A stretch of 59,864 nucleotides of DNA, the filler included, from Porpidia crustulata (lineage: Eukaryota), in the NCBI GenBank assembly GCA_964255105.1. It is 2 parts of 2 records of this genome, joined end to end, with 100 filler letters (N's around TTAATTAATTAA, not from the genome) between each part and the next. Parts side by side here need not be neighbours in the genome. Positions count along the whole stretch, not along the records: positions 30,005 to 59,864 come from CAXUWE010000024.1; 1 more part is not named here. The stretch is one strand, 5' to 3'. Positions 58,901 through 59,864 of the stretch are shown piece by piece. The translations under genes and the position numbers were made by a program. Each line of letters starts with the position of its first letter. The first letter of the stretch is position 1. The notes beneath the pieces are model-generated. The model was given only the letters and a program-made list of their open reading frames with translations. It was not told the DNA's origin and did not search any database.

Positions 58901-59570
58901 TTGTCGACCCAGTAATCACTTTGCCTGAGATCATCTGAAGATACAATGTTCCCTGTCAAAGTGGAAATCATAGCTGGAGGATGCGCAAGGGGTTCCCCGT
59001 CCTTCATGTCTTTGATGAGTTCAAGATGTTGGGCCGCAATCTCATTTACTTGCGCAGAGTGATAAGCGATACGATCCTGCAGCTTACGAGCAAAAACTCC
59101 TTGCCTTCCAAAGCGCGCCACAAGTGTATCAATTTGACTCTCCGATCCAGTGACAGTGGTATTTTCTGAACTATTCAAGCACTCAATGGCGTGTCCTTTC
59201 CTTTCAGTCTCAAGCGCTATCTCCTAGACGTACAGCTGGACTTGGATGTCGGCATAGTCCCTCGATCTTCACTGAACTCGACCGCGGTTTCGGCGATGAT
59301 ACCATTGTAGTAAGAAGTCGGCAGGCAGACTAGGCAGAAATTGCACCAAAGCAATATCTACAATGCTGTCAGAGGGAGCAATATATATGTTTTCGAATAT
59401 GCACCTACGCTGCAGCAAACTCGCTAGAGGAATATTCGATAACGGCCTTAGACATTATGTTAAAATACTGAGGAGATCAATCATAGCAATCTGGATTGCG
59501 GTACGAAGTGGCTGACAAAAGGAGGTTTCGTTGACTCTGGTCGTAGAACCATCTCTCAGAAGCTCATCTG
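55999..59570 (-). pseudogene. Degenerate highly reducing polyketide synthase remnant (AT-DH-partial ER-KR-ACP; no KS seen)
   Basis: AT: CQPLRTAIQIA, AYHS, YWVDNMISPVRFS, LEIGPH. ER: FCTAYHAL...ILIHSATGG. KR: YLIAGGLGGLG, QANYAAGN. ACP: GVDSLVAVELR. Multiple stops, frameshifts and internal deletions. Confidence 0.9.
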
Positions 59571-59729
59571 GTGAAAGTCGTTAATGTCATCTTTCTATTG
59601 CGGCTGTGAAGTACTAGTCAAGCAGGAATCAATGACATCCCATTTGTGGCAAGGTTACCTCTAGAGCTTTGAGACTATCTAGGTGTTAGGACGGCTCACC
59701 AGGCAGTTTCAAATATACGCGAAAGGAGC

Positions 59730-59864
59730 GTATATCTCAGCATGCTAGGCATGATAGCTATGTTATGGAACATAACATCCCTAGCATACCGAGCATCATC
59801 ATGCTAAGGGTATATCTCATCATGCTAGGCATGATAGCTATGCTATGGAACATAGCATCCATAG
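59730..59864. repeat. 80-bp-period tandem repeat with internal hairpins, running off the window
   Basis: gtatatctca.catgctaggcatgatagctatg.tatggaacata.catcc at 59730 and 59810. Confidence 0.85.

Noticed and set aside
55999..59570. HR-PKS as the missing core enzyme of the lyase/DMATS cluster
   Set aside because: It is a pseudogene, lies 26 kb away behind housekeeping genes, and is separated by an artificial linker.

Overview
Eukaryotic DNA from a filamentous ascomycete (short GT-AG introns with CTAAC/CTGAC branch points, Zn2Cys6 factor, HET, PEX11, MED13). An artificial N44-TTAATTAATTAA-N44 linker at 29905-30004 splits the window, so the two halves need not be neighbours. The left half is accessory DNA. 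It holds a nonsense-disrupted HET gene between 44-bp direct repeats, then an eight-gene secondary-metabolite cluster (5901-29573) with no visible PKS, NRPS or terpene cyclase. The cluster encodes a P450, an aromatic amino-acid ammonia-lyase, an FAD monooxygenase, a Zn2Cys6 regulator, a secreted BBE-like FAD oxidase, an SDR, a second P450 and a DMATS-type prenyltransferase, with several MITE-like foldback elements between the genes. The lyase is unusual: His-Leu at the substrate switch (TAL-like), no shielding domain, and a coding minisatellite insertion. Both P450s lack the canonical I-helix threonine. The best candidate for a new system is an ammonia-lyase/DMATS pathway to a prenylated phenylpropanoid, hydroquinone or chromene-type product (inference). 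The right half is mostly housekeeping: a coiled-coil protein, PEX11, ENP2/NOL10, SSN2/MED13 and a CCCH zinc-finger protein. It continues with a Gly-rich secreted protein, an SDR, a DUF1275 protein, a frameshifted HeLo-like/ankyrin gene, a decayed highly reducing PKS and an 80-bp hairpin repeat. All calls were made by eye; no database searches were run.
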